Of a DNA stretch of 13,387 bases, positions 9,347-13,387 are shown one piece after another (position 1 is the stretch's first letter; the number at the start of each line of letters is the position of its first letter). The translations under genes and the position numbers were made by a program. The notes below the pieces were generated by a model that searched no databases, was not told the DNA's origin, and saw nothing but the letters and a program-made list of their open reading frames with translations. The DNA lies in contig NW_021826160.1 in NCBI RefSeq assembly GCF_006345805.1, positions 1-13,387 of the forward strand, read 5' to 3'. Origin of the DNA: Octopus sinensis (Eukaryota).

Positions 9347-9814
9347 AGGAAACACGGTTTTATATAATCAGTTGCGTCTCAGAGGGAAAGGTTGTTATGT
9401 AAACTAGATGAGGTGGATAATGACACGTAGAGGCTATGTGATAAATGGAATATTTGGTTGACTCTGTGATAAACACAACAGCGCCAATAGGTGTCCTACG
9501 TGTGTGTGCGTGCGTCTCTGTCTGTGTTTGATATATAGGAGATACAAGGACGGCATATATATAACAGCCGTGTGATAAATGTTGTCTTTGAAATTGTGTG
9601 ATGGAGTATTTCGAGATTGTGTGAAGAAGAAATTATTCTACGGCTAGAAAGTGATGTATTTAGAGGATATTACATCCATGCAATGATATATGAAAGTATG
9701 CCACGTTCATGTGATAAATAGTGTATTTAACGTTTTCATTCTTAACGTTGTAGATTTACATTTCTAAGATACGAACTTCCTCAACTCTTCATCCAAAAGC
9801 AAACTTTTTGAAAG

Positions 9815-10014
9815 CAACTGAGCAGACCTACGCCTGCTGGAAATACCAGCTGTATTTCCTATAAATCCCATCCTGCTCTCAAGGAAAAGGAAGTCGAGAA
9901 TCAACGGTGTAGCTTTAGATACCATGACTGATACGATCACTGGGATGGTCATTACTGGAGTGCATTTGGTCATAGGCCTGCTAGATCTCAGCTGGCCTAA
10001 GGCTGAATAACACC
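9815..10014 (+). mobile_element. SINE-like interspersed repeat (family D), copy 2
   Basis: Internal alignment to 9135-9346. The segment gggatggtcattactggagtgcatttggtcataggcctgct matches a recalled octopus repeat tail. Confidence 0.7.
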
Positions 10015-10032
10015 AAAGAGTTATCCCTTAGT

Positions 10033-10033
10033 A

Positions 10034-10099
<66 letters not shown>

Positions 10100-10205
10100 C
10101 ATATACATACATAAATACATACATAGATATATAATATATATTACGTACAATGTGTATGTGTGGTGTGTATGTAACTATATAAGTATATATAATATATACA
10201 GCTGT
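10033..10205. repeat. (TA)n/(TACA)n microsatellite
   Basis: Long TA alternation with slips. Confidence 0.95.
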
Positions 10206-10380
10206 ATGCAATGTGTTACCAAAAAGAGAATCATAATTGTCACTAAATATGACAAGGGTGTTACAATGCCTACATTGCTAGAAATAAGAGCTAAAGACTC
10301 TAATACTGTAGTTAAAGCACATGCTTGTATACATATGGATTATTAGGGAATTAAGTGCAGAATAAGCTGGATCGAGCGAC

Positions 10381-10426
10381 CCCTAATGACGAGGCTACAG
10401 AATTGGCCGAAACCGACCGATCAGGA
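10381..10426 (+). ncRNA. Degenerate type I hammerhead ribozyme-like motif (probably inactive relic)
   Basis: (A)UGACGA at 10386-10392, stem II GGCUA/UGGCC with loop CAGAAU, GAAA at 10409-10412, near-palindromic ACCGACCGAU, triplet AUC ending at 10422, and CCU/AGG stem I. It deviates from consensus at C3, at 16.2 and in stem I register. Confidence 0.45.
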
Positions 10427-10539
10427 CAAGGATTTCTCGACTGGTGTTTTCGGGTGATTACAATCCTTGTCAGTACATATGTATGACAATTCGTTTTTGG
10501 TGTGTCTACGTCCTCGTAATCTAGCGTTGGTCAAAAGAG

Positions 10540-10645
10540 AGCGATAAAATAAGTAGCAGGCTTATAAAGAAGCAATTACTGGGATCGTTTCGATCGACTG
10601 AGAAGTCTTCAAGGCGTGCCCCAGCATGACCCCCAAGTGAAAAAA
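10540..10645 (+). mobile_element. tRNA-SINE (family A-related) 3' half
   Basis: gcgataaaataagtagcagg...tactgggatcg...tcgact...cttcaaggcgtgccccagcatg. The gataaaataagta core matches the reverse complement of tacttattttaa in the 7832-8063 copy; the tail is recalled from octopus SINEs. Confidence 0.65.
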
Positions 10646-10689
10646 AAAAGTGAGTAGCGACGATGAAGATCTGTAAGCCAGGGGAGAAT

Positions 10690-10905
10690 GCTATCTTTTC
10701 AAGTGCAGTCAGAAAGGGGTTTGTGGATAGGTGGGTAGATGCTTGGTTGCAGCTATACAACCAAATTTGTTCTCTGCTTTCTTGTACCAACTTTCGTTCG
10801 AAGGCATTCGTCAGTCAGAGACTCCGGCAGAAAATACTTCTTTAAAGAGTTGTACAGTAAGATGGATTCTAGAACCACGTTTTCGGAGAGGAGATTTCTG
10901 TCTCA
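10690..10905 (-). mobile_element. Decayed RTE-type LINE, C-terminal reverse transcriptase fragment
   Basis: Minus strand gives MNVRQKSPLRK (cf. MNxIWKSxLxR), then VLESILLYNS (cf. xVESILLYG, 10852-10866), then caaccaagca..cccacctatccacaaacc (cf. PTKQQLYGHLPPISQT). Order is correct, with indels. Confidence 0.5.
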
Positions 10906-10924
10906 CATTCATTGTGGCGTTTAC

Positions 10925-10980
10925 ACAAACGCATACATACAATCGCATACACACACACAAACATACAAAAACCCACACAA
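10925..10980. repeat. Degenerate (CA)/(TACA) repeat
   Basis: cacaaacgcatacatacaatcgcatacacacacacaaacatac. Confidence 0.8.
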
Positions 10981-11239
10981 ATCCATTAACAAATATTCTA
11001 TTTATCTCACGCCTTCAGTAAATACTGTTATCTCACAAGTGAGAGATAATCTATTTATCTCTCTCCCGCACGCACAGCATCTCTGTACAACACACCTTAA
11101 GTCATCTTTATCACAATCCTAATAATCAATTGACGTCATATGTCTTTCTCTCACCTCAAACCCACCACATTTACCTTTCCTTTACCACCACCACCACTAT
11201 TAACCCCCAACCCCCATCCATGCAATAACACCTCATTCT

Positions 11240-12010
11240 CTTTCGCTTTAACTACTTTCTTTCTTTTCTTCGTTCCCGCTTTTCTTTTTCAGTTTCCTTT
11301 TACTTACCTTTCTTTCTTTTTTCTTTCTTTTTCTTCATTGTTCTCTATCTTTCCTCTTTCTTTTTCCTTTAACTTCTTCCTTTCTTTATCAATGGCTTTT
11401 ATGTCTACATCTTAATTTTCATTCACGTCTATTTATGTCATTATATATCTTCTTTCTATCCCCCGTCTTCTTCTTCTTCTTCTTCTTCTTCTTCTTCTTC
11501 TTCTTCTTCTTCTTCTTCTTCTTCTTCTTCTTCTTCTTCTTCTTCTTCTTCTTCTCATTCATCTTCTCCTTTTTCTTCTTCTTCTTCATCATCTTCTCCA
11601 TCATGTTCATCTTCTCTCCTCTTCCTTCTTCTTGTTCTTTTTCTTCCCATCTTTATCATCATCATCTTCATCATCTTTGTCATCTTCTTCTCCTCCTCCT
11701 CCTCCTTCTACTTCTCTTCCTTTTCCTTCTTTTTCTTCTCCATCTTTATCATCTTCTTCATCATCTTCTTCTCCTCCTCATCTTCCTTCTTCTTTTTCTT
11801 CTCCATCTCCATCATCATCTTCATTTTCTCTCCCTTTCTCATTTACTCCTCTTCCTTTTTCTCCCTATTTCTCCCTCTTTTTCTTCCTCTCTCCTACTTT
11901 CTCATTCACTCCTTCTCCTCCTCCTCCATCGCACTCCCACCCTCCCACTCTCCCACACACCTTCCCCCTTATCTTTCTTCATCTTTTTACCAATTCATTC
12001 TTTATGAAAC
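11240..12010. repeat. Long pyrimidine-rich low-complexity tract with pure (CTT)~29
   Basis: Pure CTT run at ~11466-11555 within CTT/CCT/CAT/CT blocks; G is nearly absent. Confidence 0.97.
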
Positions 12011-12056
12011 TATTCCCTGGTATATTCCCATCAATCTTTATTTTCCTTTGCTCAAC

Positions 12057-12058
12057 TT

Positions 12059-12093
<35 letters not shown>

Positions 12094-12096
12094 TAT

Positions 12097-12140
<44 letters not shown>

Positions 12141-12165
12141 TTGTTGTTGTTATTATTATTGTTGC
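12057..12165. repeat. Compound (ATC)-(ATT)n-(AGT)n-(GTT)-(ATT) microsatellite
   Basis: tatcattatcattattatt...tagtagtagt...ttgttgttgttattatt. Confidence 0.97.
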
Positions 12166-12379
12166 ATTTTTCTTATAAGTTTTTTATATTTTTCTTCATT
12201 GTTTCATTAGCATCTTTGAATTTATTTAAATTTTTTTGTTTTTTTTTTTTGCAGCGTCTTTCACCCCCCCCCTCGCCACCCCCCCCCCATCTCATAGCCA
12301 TGTTATTCTTTCTTCTGGTTTAAAACTCCATGAAAGAATTTCTGTACTTTTACCCGTATTTCTTTCTTTTCCATTCCGT

Positions 12380-12485
12380 TTATTTATTTATTTTATTTTA
12401 TTTATTTTATTTATTTATCTATTTATTTATTTTATTTTGTTGTTTTTTATCTTTTATTTTCATTATTTATTTATTTATTTATAGT
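12380..12485. repeat. (TTTA)n/(TTTTA)n repeat
   Basis: tatttatttattttattttatttattttatttattt... Confidence 0.92.
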
Positions 12486-12549
12486 TAAGCTTTTTATTGT
12501 TACCAGTTCTTGTAACTTCTATCGCCTGCTCTATTATTCAACACGCTTC

Positions 12550-12700
12550 TAGTCCCCACCATCACCACCCACCCGTTCCCTACCACGCTCACCCACCAAC
12601 CGACCCGACACAGCACATAAATATCGTCACCTTCTCCACCACCACCACCGCCAACACTTCCTCCACCCGCCTCCACTACCACCACCACAACACAGCTAAT
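12550..12700. repeat. Degenerate (CCA)n C-rich tract
   Basis: ccaccatcaccacccacc...ccaccaccaccaccgcc...ctaccaccaccac. Confidence 0.85.
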
Positions 12701-13055
12701 ATAGCTAAACAATTAACAACCACCGTTCTTTGCAATCGTAACTAACTTTGTGATTGATCGTTTCAATTCTCATCGTGGGACATCTCCAACTCCGAAAGCA
12801 GCGACGCAACAGTTTTAATTTCTGTTTTTTTTTGGTTTGTTTTTGTTATTTTAAATAATTATCAAAAAGAAATTTAGATGTTTTCTTTGTTATTTTCTTT
12901 CAAGAAATATTCATCCTCTTACTGACGAGTTATTTCCATATTAAATCTATGACCCAGCTCTTCAACATGGCACAAAGTGAGATACGTAGGGGTTTCGATA
13001 AACGCAATGAAATATGTTACCCAGTAAAGAGAAAAAAAAAATTGAACAAGAAGAT

Positions 13056-13151
13056 AGGCGCAGCCGTAGCTGTGGGGTAAGATGCTTGCTTCTCAGGCAC
13101 AGATTTCCGGGTTCAGTCCCATAACTTGTATTACTGTCTACTTCTATGGCC
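13056..13151 (+). mobile_element. tRNA-derived SINE head (family C), truncated
   Basis: A-box-like tagctgtggggtaag and B-box gggttcagtccc (13109-13120), then a short body ending tgtctacttctatggcc. Confidence 0.7.
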
Positions 13152-13160
13152 ATATATATA

Positions 13161-13258
13161 TCACCGTGACCGACCAGAGTATCAGATGTTGCTGCACATC
13201 GCTGGTCACAATGCGCTTCGCATTGTTTTAGCCTTCAAATGACGCCACCCCGCTGGGT
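13161..13258 (-). mobile_element. Fragment of another abundant interspersed repeat (probable SINE tail)
   Basis: tcaccgtgaccgaccag...gctggtcacaatgcgcttcgcattgttttagccttcaaatgacgccaccccgctgg matches a recalled octopus repeat. Identity and orientation come from recall only. Confidence 0.5.
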
Positions 13259-13356
13259 GAGAGAGAGAGAGAGAGTGGAGTACAACAACAAATAAATACA
13301 TAGAATAACAGGTTAACCGATGAACAGGTACATAGATAGACAGACAGACAGATAGT

Positions 13357-13387
<31 letters not shown>
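13258..13387. repeat. (GA)n and (GACA)/(GATA)n microsatellites
   Basis: gagagagagagagagag at ~13258-13275, and gacagacagacagatag...gatagatag to the window end. Confidence 0.9.

Noticed and set aside
9764-9973. 69-aa minus ORF, and a plus frame with two in-frame TGA (selenoprotein idea)
   Set aside because: The interval is largely a SINE-like repeat copy paralogous to 9135-9346. No SECIS-like element or selenoprotein motif is seen.
11419-12745. ORFs with poly-K/F/S/L/V/H runs
   Set aside because: Direct translations of (CTT)n, (ATT)n, (AGT)n, (TTTA)n and (CCA)n tracts.
12916-13031. Second hammerhead candidate: CTGACGAG at 12922 with a CTCTTACTG/CAGTAAAGAG inverted repeat
   Set aside because: No stem II closed by CGAAA at a usable distance, and no NUH triplet before the putative stem I strand.
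1-13387. CRISPR arrays, rRNA, telomeric arrays, prokaryotic operons
   Set aside because: No repeat-spacer periodicity, rRNA-like sequence, (TTAGGG)n array or gene-dense organisation. The window is eukaryotic non-coding DNA.

Overview
Eukaryotic, AT-rich, microsatellite-saturated non-coding DNA, most likely from an octopus (coleoid cephalopod). The taxon is inferred from the interspersed SINE sequences and repeat composition, not from a database search. No complete protein-coding gene can be supported, and almost all listed ORFs are translations of simple repeats. Supportable content: many di/tri/tetranucleotide microsatellites; about 9 SINE copies or fragments from at least four apparent families; a decayed 5' (UTR + AP-endonuclease) fragment of an RTE-clade LINE (~1850-2600, minus); a decayed RTE-type reverse-transcriptase C-terminal fragment (~10690-10905, minus); and a repeat-free, promoter-like segment (~4430-4585) with ETS/NRF1-like motifs and splice donors pointing outward on both strands. 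The most interesting spot is ~10235-10491, where a degenerate type I hammerhead-ribozyme-like motif and a hairpin sit inside a cassette bounded by inverted TTGTCA..TGACAA dyads, possibly a Penelope-like element or retrozyme relic. A cluster of four exact TGTGATAAA motifs (9437-9718) also stands out.
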